Assembly (NCBI GenBank): GCA_964016885.1
Contig: OZ024742.1
Coordinates: 108,872,001 to 108,936,000, forward strand
Origin: Eledone cirrhosa
Taxonomy: Eukaryota
Reading direction: 5' to 3'
Length of the DNA: 64,000 bases
The stretch's first letter is position 1. Each line of letters starts with the position of its first letter. The notes below the pieces were generated by a model. The model did not search any database. It saw nothing but the letters and a program-made list of their open reading frames with translations, and was not told the DNA's origin. The translations under genes and the position numbers were made by a program. Positions 1 to 11,560 of this stretch are shown in pieces.

Positions 1-2883
1 AACAAGATACATCTGTTTAACTCCTACGTCAGAAGCATCGACCCTGACTTCATCACAGTCACGGAAACATTCCTTACTCTGTGATGGGGTTTTCAGCATT
101 ACTGGGTACAACCTTTTCCGCAAGGACTGCATTAATCGCCGTGGTGGTGGTGTGATGGTCTACGTTCGTTCAAACTTTTCGGTAATTCCTTGCGTTGGTT
201 TGAACGAATCACAGGAAGAAGTTTTTTTTTGTGACATACGTATGACCATGTCAACACTTCTGCTTGGTGTTGTTTATCGCCCCCCAAACTACCATCAGGA
301 CACACAGCTTTGCGATATCCTCAGAGTTGCTGCCAGGAAAACAGCCACTTATGTGTTTATTGCAGGTAACTTCAATCATCCTGAGATCAATTGGGAAACC
401 TTTCGTTGGCCACAAAGTGCAAACGATTTCCTTCAGCTAGTGCTGGACTCAAACTGGTCACAAGTAGTCACCTCGCCAACAAGAGGTGACAACACTTTGG
501 ACATGATCTTCACCACTACTCTTGAAGTGGTTATCAGTTGTACTACTGAGGAACCTCTAGGCGACTCTGATCATGCTATGATTATTGCCAATCTGGCTCT
601 TGCGGGCAGCAACAAAAACCAGAACCATCTCCAATCTGCTTGCTTTGATTGGAAGAAAGCAGATTGGAACTTGTACTGCACTGAGCTACAGCGCCCAAAC
701 TGGCATGAGTTCTATAACTCTGGAGATGTGAACACTATACTCCAGAGCATCCTGGACTCAATATGGATAGCATGTGCAGCATTGGTGCCACGTAAGCAGA
801 AAAAAAACCACCCCAAAAGTGCAATTTGGGAAACTTCAGCGGTCCGACTTGCCAGGAAAGAACGTTGGGACGCTGAACGGGAATATAAACTGCATAAATC
901 AGATGCCAACAGAAAAAAGCAGAATAAATCGTTCAACCATCTCAAGCAAGTGACAAAAAAGGCAGTGCTTGAATTTGAACAGTGCATAGCAACCAATCCT
1001 GACAGTAAGGTGTTCTGGAAATATGTTCATTCAAAGCAGAGACCTCACTCTCCAGTTGGTCCTCTTTGCAATCCCCACACAAGCCAGATCACTGACGATC
1101 CCAAAGAATGCGCAGAACTCATTGCTGAGTGTTATGCAAGCATTTTTACTGTTGAAAACCAGAATGTACCATCTCCACCATCTCTAACATCAAATTCCAT
1201 AACAACTATGGAATTTACACCTGCAATGTTGCGACGTCACCTTAAGAATAAGCGCAACTATGCCTCCCCTGGTCTTGATGGTGTTACATACCTGCTTCTC
1301 AAACGTGGCGGGTACTTCCTTTTGCACCAGCTTTCTTTCTTCTTTCAATACTGTCTCAACAATGGTGCTACTCCGGAGCAGTGGAAAACTGCCAGTGTCA
1401 TTCCCCTGTTCAAAAAGGGCGACCCCACGTCACCTGTCAACTATCGTCCAGTCAGTCTTACTAGCTGCATTGCCAAACTGATGGAATCCTGTGTCAGAGA
1501 AACACTTTGGAACTTCTGGAGCTCTCACAGCCTCATCCGGCCCTCGCAGTTTGAATTTATCCCTAACTCCAGCTGCTGTGATCAGCTTATCGAGTTCCTT
1601 GAAGACATTACCTGGATCACTGACAGCGGCTCATGGGTGGATGTTGTTTACCTTGACTTCGCTAAGGCTTTTAATTCTGTGCCACACAAAAGACTTATGG
1701 CAAAACTCTCTGCAATGGGTGTGAGGGATGATCTTTTTAACTGGTTGAAATCCTTCATTCTCAGCCGAAAAGAGGTAGTCACGGTTCTAGGACAGCATTC
1801 TTCACCATATGAGATGTCATCTGGTGTACCACAGGGATCTGTTCTTGGTCCCCTTTTGTTTGTGGCATATATTAATGACATAGGTGCCAACTTAAAGAAT
1901 GCCACAGTACTGAAATATGCAGATGACATTAAGCTGTACCTTGAAATCAAAAGGACTGATCCTGAAATCTACAACTCTTTCCTACAATCAGACCTGGACA
2001 CAATGCAGCAATGGATCACAGACTGGCAACTGAAGCTGGTTGTGGACAAGTGTACCACCATGTATTTTGGGAGGAAAAATCCAGTGTCCACATACTCCCT
2101 CCACAACACTGATATCAAGAAGTCCTCTTGTGAACGTGACCTGGGCATTACTGTCAGCAGCGATTTGCGTTGGACAAAGCATGTCTCTAAGATTGTCAAG
2201 AAGGCTGAAGGTGTCTTGGCATCACTCAGCAAGACCCTTGTTAGCCGCTCTCCAGCCATCTATTTAAAGCTGTATACAGCTATGGTACGACCACACTTGG
2301 AATTCGCATCATCAGTCTGGAACCCCTATCTTGCTCAGAACATTGACCTCCTGGAAACTGTTCAGAGACGTGCAACCAAGCGCATACCCTCCATCAGACA
2401 CCTACCATACTCTGAACGCCTTGCTTCCCTGGGCATGGATTCATTGAAGCTCCGACATCTGGCAATGGACTTGGTAAACACCCACAAAGTTATTAACCAT
2501 CTCGCCAACAACAACCCTGAGCATCTTTTTGATCTCCATGTGTCTAACACACGTGGACATGCCTACAAAATGAGAAAACAGCACAGCTCCCATGACTTTC
2601 GGAAACATTTTTTCACGCTCAGAGTTGCTGAAGCATGGAACAAACTGCCTGCGTCAGTTGTTAGCTGCTGAGACACTGCATCTTTTAAAACCCTCATGCT
2701 TCCCAAAATTCGCCAAAACTACACCTGATGTACCCCTTCCATACACACACATGTGTATATCATGACTCATGCATTGTTCATTTTTCTGACGTTTGTGTAT
2801 TACCCTATGTACTATACATACACTTTTTGATGAGTTGTAGTGCACCTGAGCACTGTACACAATATTTCATTATTATTATTATT
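1..2883 (+). mobile_element. CR1/L2-type LINE (APE endonuclease + reverse transcriptase), degenerate, in an ALDH intron; 5' end lies outside the window
   Basis: ORF 152-2671 has YRPP, SDH, NYRPVSL, YLDFAKAF, GVPQGSVLGPLLF, YADD and VRPHLEF motifs. The N-terminal APE part (ITVTETFL) is in another frame at 1-80. GDFN is mutated to GNFN, TGA at 2669-2671 looks premature (next stop ~2728), and a (TAT)n tail lies at ~2869-2883. Confidence 0.93.
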
Positions 2884-3273
2884 AGTAAATCCCTATAAAT
2901 TTTTCATTAAGTCTTAACCGGCATTAGCAAAACATTCTTGAGAATTGTAAAACAATACTATGATTGTATCGCATTAACTTTTAGCATCTTGTACCACATG
3001 AAACCACATCAGCAAGACATTCTTGACAAATAGAAGACTGCATTATGACAGCATTGCATTAAAAAATGAAGTCTTTGTTCTAATGCAGCAATTTTTCACA
3101 AAGATCTTTTCTCTAATAAAGTTATTATAAACATTTGAATTAACAAACATGTTTTTAGATATTTTCTGCTAAATCATTATATGATCATTAATTGAAATAG
3201 TGTCTGGTATTTAAAATATTGTCACAAAAGGGTTAAAAAATGTGTTTTTCATGTGTGTTTATATTGTTTCTAG

Positions 3274-3388
3274 GGTCAACTGCTTTGATGTACTCGATAC
3301 AGCTGCACCTTTTGGGGGCTACAAGATGTCAGGCAATGGTCGAGAACTTGGAGAATATGGTCTAGAGAATTATACTGAAGTAAAAACG
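3274..3388 (+). CDS. ALDH2: Aldehyde dehydrogenase (ALDH1/2 family), penultimate coding exon
   Basis: Polypyrimidine tract and AG at 3272-3273, GT at 3389-3390. The 115-nt exon reads (W)[38 protein letters not shown], the conserved ALDH PFGGxKxSGxGRE motif. Confidence 0.93.
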
Positions 3389-3656
3389 GTGGGTACATTT
3401 AGCTTACTTAGCTAGATATATTACTACTTTAGTATGTCTTTTGTTTTCTGTAAGCTTGTTTATATGTTTGCATGCATTAACCTGCAAACATACTTATATG
3501 AAAACTCCAACTTGTAAACATATTGCAGCCATATATGTTTGTCCACCCTAGCCTGCAAATATATTGTAAACGTACATGTATGTATGCACAAACCAGCAAA
3601 CATTGTAGCTATACATGAATGTATGTACTCAATACACTTTATAAAATGTTAATACT

Positions 3657-3790
3657 GGTACAATGATAAAATGCACTTGGTACACTCTGTAAAGTGTCAA
3701 TGCTGAAGCCATGATAAAATGCACTCAATACACTCTGTAATGTGGTTAGGATCAGGAAGGGCATCTAGCCATAGAAACCAAATTATGTCA
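3657..3790 (+). repeat. SINE-like fragment with 'aggaagggcatc-agccatagaa' box
   Basis: The same motif recurs at ~5685, ~6250, ~24710, ~24820 and in the RTE 3' UTRs (~44328, ~55321). Confidence 0.55.
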
Positions 3791-3894
3791 AATATGGAAC
3801 ATATGAGCAAGACATAGTTTTTCTTATAAGTCTACAAGGTTTCTTAAGTGTTTTAATAAAAGGAATTCCAGTCTTAATATGAAATGCTATGTGA

Positions 3895-3970
3895 ATGCAA
3901 CACACTAGGTCCAGGAATTGAACCTATTGTGATCGTTAGTCCAACACCCTAACAACTAGGCCATGTGCCA
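3895..3970 (-). repeat. tRNA-derived SINE head
   Basis: The minus strand reads tggcctagttgttagggtgttggact...ggttcaattcctgg (Pol III A/B-box-like); similar to 25095-25160. Confidence 0.5.
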
Positions 3971-4367
3971 TTACTAGAATGATGATGTTCAATACACTAA
4001 AGGTGAAAATCTGACATAAAATAGGATATGTTTATTGTTTTGAGGAGAGAAATTATTTACCTTCTGGATAAAGCCCTTCACTGAAAAACAATTTTACCTC
4101 TTTAGTCAAATTTTACATGTGAAACTATCCCTTAACTGATATTTACCATCTTTACTCATAAAAAAATCAACCCCCTATTTTGACCAAAAATATTTAGATT
4201 TTTCCACATAACTTATGTAAAAGTTGCCCTTAGTTTATGGACAGTAGATCGTTTGTGTGTCAAAGTATTATGCTGAACATAATGTAAGGAAATTTATTTT
4301 TCTATGCTATATGTCCTGATGTATGCAAGTGGAAATAATTATAAATGTTACACAGCCTTATATGTTT

Positions 4368-4369
<2 letters not shown>

Positions 4370-4399
<30 letters not shown>

Positions 4400-4530
4400 T
4401 TTACGTCCGCTTTTCCCTGCTTGCAAGGGTTGGACGGGTCTTATTCAGCACAGCATCTCTCCATTTGTCACAGTCCTTCATCATCTCCTCAGGTCTGAGG
4501 TCTGCTCTCACCACCTCCGCCCATGTTTTT
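4370..4530 (-). mobile_element. RTE LINE 3'-end fragment with (GAT)n tail
   Basis: Encodes KTWAEVVRADL...DKWRDAVLNKTRPTLAS and is near-identical to 15657-15810. Confidence 0.75.
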
Positions 4531-4811
4531 CGTGTAAAAACATCAGTATTATTACTGTAATTCATTGTTTTATTTTTATTTAGTCTATTTGGGATTCTGC
4601 TTATTGATATGGTATTTTGGATTGTAATGTCAATTTCATAGTATCTACGCAACAGTATCATAAATTTAACCTAAAAAAATAATTTAAAAAATTCGACTTT
4701 TTCATGAGTCTATGGTAGTATATTTTTCATCCAACAGATATTATACAATAATATCACATTTAAGGAAATGATTTGGTTTTGAAAATTTTTCTTTTTTTTT
4801 TTTTTCCTTAG

Positions 4812-4844
4812 GTTACCATTAAAGTGCCACCGAAGAATTCTTAA
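4812..4844 (+). CDS. ALDH2: Aldehyde dehydrogenase, last coding exon (VTIKVPPKNS*)
   Basis: T-tract plus ttag acceptor at 4808-4811. The phase-0 join to the previous exon gives YTEVKT|VTIKVPPKNS-stop, the typical ALDH1/2 C-terminus. Confidence 0.9.
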   Translation, partial: VTIKVPPKNS

Positions 4845-5215
4845 ATTGGTGAAGCTTCATAGGGAGAGAAAAAAGCCAGCAACTTCTATCGACCTATAAA
4901 ATATATTTTCTTTTAAAACGAACAAATTATAGTTGAATATACAGGATGAACCATTTATAAACATTTATATTTTTTTATATCTTAACTAAACCACACAAAA
5001 TTTCTATGCTATAAAGGTATACATCTAAATTTTTTTTACAAGTTTTATATATTAATTGATATATATTTAATCCATTCATACCAACAATCATATTTAGCTT
5101 CTTCAGTGAGAGAATAATCCATACAAAATAACACTAGATGTATATCTTAATTGTGTAAACATTTCAAGAATTAAAATGTGAACTTTTATAATGGTTCACA
5201 CTTAAATGGCCACAC

Positions 5216-5254
<39 letters not shown>

Positions 5255-5629
5255 ATACATTTGGGTTTACAAACATGAGGAAAAGGTATTCAATAGAACA
5301 GTAGAGAATATTATGAATTTATTATATTACTGAGATCACTTTGTTGCTACTCTGAGTTTCCTGGATTCACTCTGATCATGTGTTCAAAACTACAAAACTC
5401 AGAAGCAACAGAGATTAATCCTAGTAATATATATTATTATGCAAATGCAATTTATATTTTTTCCTTTATTATATTTTCCACTTGGGAAGAAATCCTATAG
5501 CATCAATCTGTTTTTTTTTGTTTTTGTTTTTTCTTTCCTGTAGAATTTTTTATTATAAAAAATATTAAAGAAAATGATTTATTTTAACCTGATTTCATAC
5601 TTGTTATTCTGTTGTGACATGACAACATT

Positions 5630-6365
5630 CCTAGTGCTGCTGCCATGAAAAATACACCCAATACACTGTAAAGTGATTGGTAATAGGAAGGGCATCCAGC
5701 CATAGAAAACTTGCCAAACAAAGAGTTGAGAGGACTCTTCAGTTCCTTTTAAGACACAACTTCCCTAGTGCTAATGCCATGAAGAAATGCACCCAATACA
5801 CTCTGTAGAGTGCAGGAACATATGTATATAAGATGTGGCCTGTAGCCTGTCTTAAGTCAATAGCTCTGAAAGTACTGACTTGATCTGTAAAAAATTGTCC
5901 AACCCTTCCTAACAGGGAAAACGGACATTAAATGATTAGGATGATGATGAAGGAGGCTAGAATATGTGTCAGTCTGTATACAAGTGAAATATGGGGCAAC
6001 AGTAAGATTACTTAGAGATGAATGAGTGAAATGTAGCTGTGTTGAATTTTTGACTATTGAGAGTGACTAGTGTATTCATGAGAATTAGCTAAAGTTTTGA
6101 GTCATTGCCCCATGTCAGTATTGGTGCCATGATAAAATGCACCTGTAAATTAGTAGTAGCAGTGTCATGATAAAATGCACTTGGGACACTCTATAAAATC
6201 ATAGTGTTGGTACCATGATAAAATGTACCAAGTGCATCTTGTAAGGTGGTTGGTGTTAGGAATGTATTAGCAAGATGAAATCTTTCTGGTCTGTTTGGGT
6301 TTTGATTATGACAACCTGGTCAACCCATATTAACATGAAAAGCAGATGTAAAATGATAATGGTGG
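5630..6365 (+). repeat. Cluster of SINE-like copies ending in an RTE-type tail
   Basis: Repeated gtgc-gccatgataaaatgcac...acactctgtaaagtggttgg-g-taggaagggcatcc units, with tails resembling ccaaccc...ggacattaaatgat. Confidence 0.55.
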
Positions 6366-7096
6366 TTTGAACATCTTACACAAATAGGGATGTATGATGA
6401 GAATTGGAAAAGTTCTTGGTCTGATGATATCCATGGAGCATTGGATGACAAAAGATCTCCACCCAACAGATGTAAGCACTGTCATAAGTTAAGTCCTCCA
6501 CAGTCCTTAACAGGACTGCCTTGTTTCCCATGCTGTCCTTTTCTGTCTTCCACTTGAAAGAGGCTTGAATGGCTTACATGAATGGCATATCAGATTATTC
6601 AGCCACTCCTTTTACTATAACCTCATCATTTGTGATGTGGTCATGCCAAGATATTGTTAACGTCTGTTGAAGATATCTGCAGTTCTATAGATTCTGGTGG
6701 TTTTATTTCACCTCTCACTAGCAGAAATCACGTTGGCATGACTATTGATGTATGCAGGTAGAGTTTAGGGCTTTGGCTGAGGAAGGAGTTGGACCATACA
6801 CGTAAAGTTTGATGGAGGAGTTGGGTCATATTGATGGGGTGTCTTGGTTGATGGAGGTCTTGGAACATAGAGGTGGTGTTTTGGTTGGTGGAGGAGTTGA
6901 TCTATAACAGACGTCAGTTTCTGGAAGATCTGATCTGAAAGGACGGTGGCTCCAATTATGTTCTGATTTGGTTTATAATGACCTGTCCAATCCTTGCTTA
7001 CAGGGAAAAAGATGTTAAATGAGGGTGATAATGATGATGACGCCAACAAAACCAAAACCGAAAGAGAAAAACAAACCCGTTATTTCTTCATTCTTT

Positions 7097-7102
7097 TTTA
7101 TT
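7097..7102 (-). terminator. Candidate polyadenylation signal (AATAAA) of the DCST1-like gene
   Basis: tttatt on the + strand, about 72 nt downstream of the stop codon. Confidence 0.35.
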
Positions 7103-7173
7103 CATCACATTGCTACTTCGTTTTTTCTTTCTTTCTAGTAAATATATATATATATATAATGTGTGTGTGTGTC

Positions 7174-9225
7174 TTAAGTAGGACATGCAAAACAACGCTT
7201 TTCCATATCCCCCCAACAGACTGAGCAATACCTCGCCTGGCATTGGTTATTAAAGCACTGTCTACTGTTGCCAGTTTTCAATTTTTCGCCACATATCAAA
7301 CAAACGGGTTTCATTCCAGGCAATCTCTTCAAACAGGAGCTCAGTTGGGGAAAAACACGACTTAATGCACTTAGAAATGAATATTTCTCTACCAGTGTTT
7401 TCTCTTTGGCTAAACTACGCACGTATTCTCGCATGTAATTGATGTAACCTCGCCGTTTCTTCAGAGTGCTGTTATATAGGTAGAGTATCCTAGATTTCTC
7501 TCGTCTTCGGAAGAAAAATGCTGCGATCAGACGGCGTAGCCGTAGAGCAAATGATTCAGACAACATGAGAAACCATATTGCAATGTAAAACCCCAAAGTT
7601 TGATATATGATGCGTTTATCAGTTTTGACTGGTTTCGGCAGACAAAGAAAGTTGGTTGTAATTTCATCAATGGTGTGTTTTTGGGTAAAACTATTAAGCA
7701 TTGTTCTGACGATGTCGCTCATAAAACCAGTTCCCATGATGGCAACTTCGATTTTCTGGAAGCCCTTTTGGTGGTAATCAATACGACTTTGATTTTTTAT
7801 GATATTCAGAACGGTATAGATGATCCAATCGAACATTACAATATTTAGAATGACCACATAACGAACAATTAACATCAGTGTACCAGTGATTATTTTCTTC
7901 CTCTCTCCTTTTAATATTCTGCAACTTGATGGAGGAACGAGAGACTTCTCTTCAAATTTCCGTAATGGAAGCAAAGTCATCTTGTTATAATGACCTCTGC
8001 GAGAATCGATCTTCCTGAAGTAATCAGTTATGTAGATATTATCGAAGTTTAGATCAACAAGATAGTTCTTAGTGTAGCTGTAAGAATGGACAAGTATTAG
8101 AAGAAAGGTGAAACCTAAAATATTCATCAACATGTCTTGGAAGAAATTGATCCAGACTTGTCGTTTCTTGAACGTGTACATGATACTTCTCTGGAGTTCT
8201 TTCATCGTAGTAATGTTCACTCGTCTTTCTGGGTCGATAGATTTGTATTGGAAATTTAGTTCGTCGTTTGAGCCAAACGTCTCTATCATTGCTTTTTCTT
8301 CAGCGTAAACCTCTCCAAATCCTGATCCAATCACAGGCATCGAATCGCAAGTATATCCGATAAGATTTGGAACCAGTTTAAATATATCACAAACGAAATT
8401 GAAGGCAACCAATTTGCACATGATCGGACCAATAATTTTAACATTAGCTATACACTTGATATATATATTATCGATTAACTTTTTGCAATTTTGTATTCCG
8501 CTGTTGAAGATAGTTTGACAGCGGTAATCGCTCTTTTTTGCGTATCTCTTCTCGATTTTGTCTGCGTCCGTATCATCCTCTTTTTCTTTACGATTATTTT
8601 CGATCATGTTAGCGCGGGAATCAGTTTTCTGTATTTTATCAATAGCTTCAGTTTCTTCTTTCATAAATCGAACTTCGCCGTAGTTTTCTACTTCATTCTC
8701 TATTTTACTGAACGATTTTTTCATTTGATCTGAAAGTATTGTCAGCTTTACATCTGATTTTTTCAGTTCAGAAAGCGCGGTCTCTAGTGGCTTGCGGCTG
8801 AATTCGAACCTGGAAACTGAATGGTTCCTTATAAGTTCCGATGCACATCTAAAAGACGAAACAACTATTTTACCATTGAGCACAATACTATTGATCGGTC
8901 CTTGAACTAAATACATGACAGCGATCGTATGGAGGAAAGAACGGCCCCCTCTTCCGAATAAGTTCGGAACAACCAGCCAGGCCATACATCGCACCTGTGC
9001 TGAAAATGCATAACCAAAGGAATATAATATACAAAATATTGATCCCAGGTATTGCTGGATTACCACAGGTAAGCTAGATTGGCTAAGAATAACCACATAG
9101 AATGCCAAACTTATAAAAAGACCAACTGGGAATCCTACAATGGCTTTAACCCATCGATACTCTGACGGATCTGATTTAAGAACTCTGATGATAGAATATT
9201 TCAGCTTCGTAACAGACTGACTCAT
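7174..9225 (-). CDS. DCST1: DC-STAMP domain protein, DCST1/sneaky-like (sperm-egg fusion factor family), 683 aa, single coding exon
   Basis: Intact ORF with several TM segments and a Cys-rich ectodomain. It has FDNIYITDYFRKIDSRR...LLPLRK, RLRRLIAAFFFRRREKSRILYLYNSTLKKR, and a C-terminal C4C4 RING-like finger CLIC...CFNNQC...YCSVCWGDMEKRCFAC. Confidence 0.88.
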   Translation of the reverse strand: MSQSVTKLKYSIIRVLKSDPSEYRWVKAIVGFPVGLFISLAFYVVILSQSSLPVVIQQYLGSIFCILYSFGYAFSAQVRCMAWLVVPNLFGRGGRSFLHTIAVMYLVQGPINSIVLNGKIVVSSFRCASELIRNHSVSRFEFSRKPLETALSELKKSDVKLTILSDQMKKSFSKIENEVENYGEVRFMKEETEAIDKIQKTDSRANMIENNRKEKEDDTDADKIEKRYAKKSDYRCQTIFNSGIQNCKKLIDNIYIKCIANVKIIGPIMCKLVAFNFVCDIFKLVPNLIGYTCDSMPVIGSGFGEVYAEEKAMIETFGSNDELNFQYKSIDPERRVNITTMKELQRSIMYTFKKRQVWINFFQDMLMNILGFTFLLILVHSYSYTKNYLVDLNFDNIYITDYFRKIDSRRGHYNKMTLLPLRKFEEKSLVPPSSCRILKGERKKIITGTLMLIVRYVVILNIVMFDWIIYTVLNIIKNQSRIDYHQKGFQKIEVAIMGTGFMSDIVRTMLNSFTQKHTIDEITTNFLCLPKPVKTDKRIIYQTLGFYIAIWFLMLSESFALRLRRLIAAFFFRRREKSRILYLYNSTLKKRRGYINYMREYVRSLAKEKTLVEKYSFLSALSRVFPQLSSCLKRLPGMKPVCLICGEKLKTGNSRQCFNNQCQARYCSVCWGDMEKRCFACPT

Positions 9226-9280
9226 TATTACATGTTTTCAAATATAATATTAAGTATTTTGTTTCTGCTTCTTACTATCT

Positions 9281-9314
<34 letters not shown>

Positions 9315-9401
9315 ATCGGCGTCGGAAGTAAAACGCTGCGATCTATACCCATCTGTGCTGATACCGTTATTTGCTTGCTCTCTCTCTATCTCTCTCTCTC
9401 T

Positions 9402-9442
<41 letters not shown>

Positions 9443-9633
9443 TAGAACACAAATGCTAGGAAGATTCACTACCAAAGACTTAGACACAAATATATATTAA
9501 TTCAAAAAGTAGGCAGTTAAAAAACGAACTCTTAACGACCTGTAATGTTGCCAAACAAATGTTTTTTATGAATTCAATTTCTTTGTTTACAATTCAACTT
9601 CTCTGTTATATCAGATGAAAGAATGGTATTTAA

Positions 9634-10042
9634 CTAATGTATTGGTACGCGATGGGGCCCACCCACAGCCCCGGCGGACAGAATGGAGAAGGCGTTTCCC
9701 CGGAGGACGGCAAGGGAGACGTGCTGGAAAAGCCACTCCAACTCGCGGGGCTGACACCTGCGGATGGCCAGCTCAGCGCCTATGATGGTGAGTAAGGAGG
9801 TAGCCCTGGGGCTGAGGACACCAGAAGTCTCCACTGCCAGGGGTACGACCGCAAACCTGTCGGAGAGCGACCGGTATTTGAGGAGTTTGGCCTCCTCAGC
9901 CTGACATGCAGCAGAACCTGGGCCAATCGCAGACTGCACCAGGTTGCAGCTGCAGAAAGTGTCTGTGCAAGTGGCATCCCAGACGAGGCGTTTGCCACCG
10001 CGGAACGGGAAGATGGTCATGCCATCTGGCCTTTTGCCGTTG
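9634..10042 (-). mobile_element. 3' fragment of a CRE-like non-LTR retrotransposon (restriction-like endonuclease domain)
   Basis: Reads NGKRPDGMTIFPFRGGKRLVWDATCTDT...KLLKY...PLAVETSG...WLFQHVSLAVLRGNA; RPD...D is the RLE signature. GC-rich island in AT-rich DNA. Confidence 0.75.
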
Positions 10043-10544
10043 TATAAATAACATTACAAATGGGGAAGGGGTAAAGAAGGGCAGATCTGGCTGTGTGGGA
10101 AAGTAAAGGAAAGGACTATAAATGAGAAAGAAAGCAAGGGCTCTAATTCACAGAAGAAAATCCCAAAACAGGTTTGTTAATATCTTTACTTGTGGATAGA
10201 TTGTTGTGAAATTTTACAGTATTAGAATGAAACATTTTTAATATGATGCTAACGTGGTTTCATATTTTGAAGGAGTCTGTAGAGATAGTAAAGTTTATTG
10301 TAGTAATTTGTATTGTTGTAAAGGAGAATTAGACCGAAGAACTCTCGCCTATCTGTCTTCCTCTATATACATCTCTACATGGCTCAGGTCAATGACAAAA
10401 TTATTACCAGACAAAATCAAATCTATAAGGTAAAATCTCCACTCTAACGGACCTCGTAGTAAGATACATAAAATAGAGTTTGAATACAGTTGGAAACATG
10501 ATTGCTCATTTATGCTTTGCAGCATATAGTTATGTCTCTTTGAG

Positions 10545-10670
10545 TTCTGAGTTCAAATCCCGCCGAGTTTAACTTTGCCTTTCATCCTTACGGGGTCGAT
10601 AAGATAAAGCACCAGTAATGCATTGGAATAATTGCTGGCCTTGTGCTGAAAGTAGAAACAATTATTATAT
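10545..10670 (+). repeat. tRNA-derived SINE fragment
   Basis: B-box gttcaaatcc followed by tttgcctttcatccttacggggtcgataagataaagcaccag...gctggccttgtg. Related copies lie at 28270-28331, 63197-63333 and 63548-63730. Confidence 0.7.
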
Positions 10671-10914
10671 AACAAATATGTTGGTCTTGTGTCTAAATCA
10701 GTGTGCTGAATAGGACCCGTCCAACCCTTGCAAACGGGGAAAAGCGGATGTAAAATGATGATGATGATGATAAGATTAAATAAAGATATATACATATAAT
10801 CTATTAATTATTGCTAGGATCCTTATAAATAAATATAATACACAAAAATATACAATCAAAGCGGAGAAAAAGACATCAATTCAACACTAAGTGCATCAAT
10901 CGGTCATCGTAAAT

Positions 10915-11560
10915 TTTTGAGGCATAACCGCGGGTGATGGTGAGATTATGGGTTTGAAACAACTCAACATCCTCAAGGGCATCACCTCACACCTCGGTAA
11001 GGCGAGCTGCTAACGATTGCAAGAACTTTGCTGTCAGCGGCCCAGCTCTCCTAAATTTTCGAGCGCCACAGGCTGGAAAAAAATGGTTTAGCGATAAGTC
11101 CCGGTTGTTTAGAATTTTATTCCGTTCGGCTAAGGAGACAGTGACCATCACATTTACCGCAGCATCCAGGATTTGGGAAGGAGCAAAAGAGTCACTGACT
11201 GTGGTGTCCCAGATGAGACATCTGCCTCTTATCCAGGGACAATGGGTAAGACCATCTGGTCTCTTCCCATCAATTCTGTATAATCCAGCCGGTACCAGAA
11301 CTGAGGGGATATTCCCCCGAGCTATGGGTCACTTAATAGCCAGGTTTAGTTCGGTGGGGCGGGCGAAGCGACCAGCATTCAGGCGGCAAGACAAACCACG
11401 AAGGCCTGTGAAGTCGAGGGGCCTACCACAGTAACATCTCACTCCCCACACAGACATCGGCTCCCACTCTGAGTGCAATGGAGATGCGGAGTTTATCCAG
11501 ACTGAGTAGAGCACCAATGTTGGTGACAGGCATGGCATCAACCCAAACGCCGGAGAATTT
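10915..11560 (-). mobile_element. Second, more decayed CRE-like retrotransposon fragment (Zn knuckle + RLE)
   Basis: The minus strand reads CYCGRPLDFTGLRGLSC...GRFARPTELN...IDGKRPDGLTHCPWIRGRCLIWDTTVSDSFAPS, with stops and frameshifts. Confidence 0.7.
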
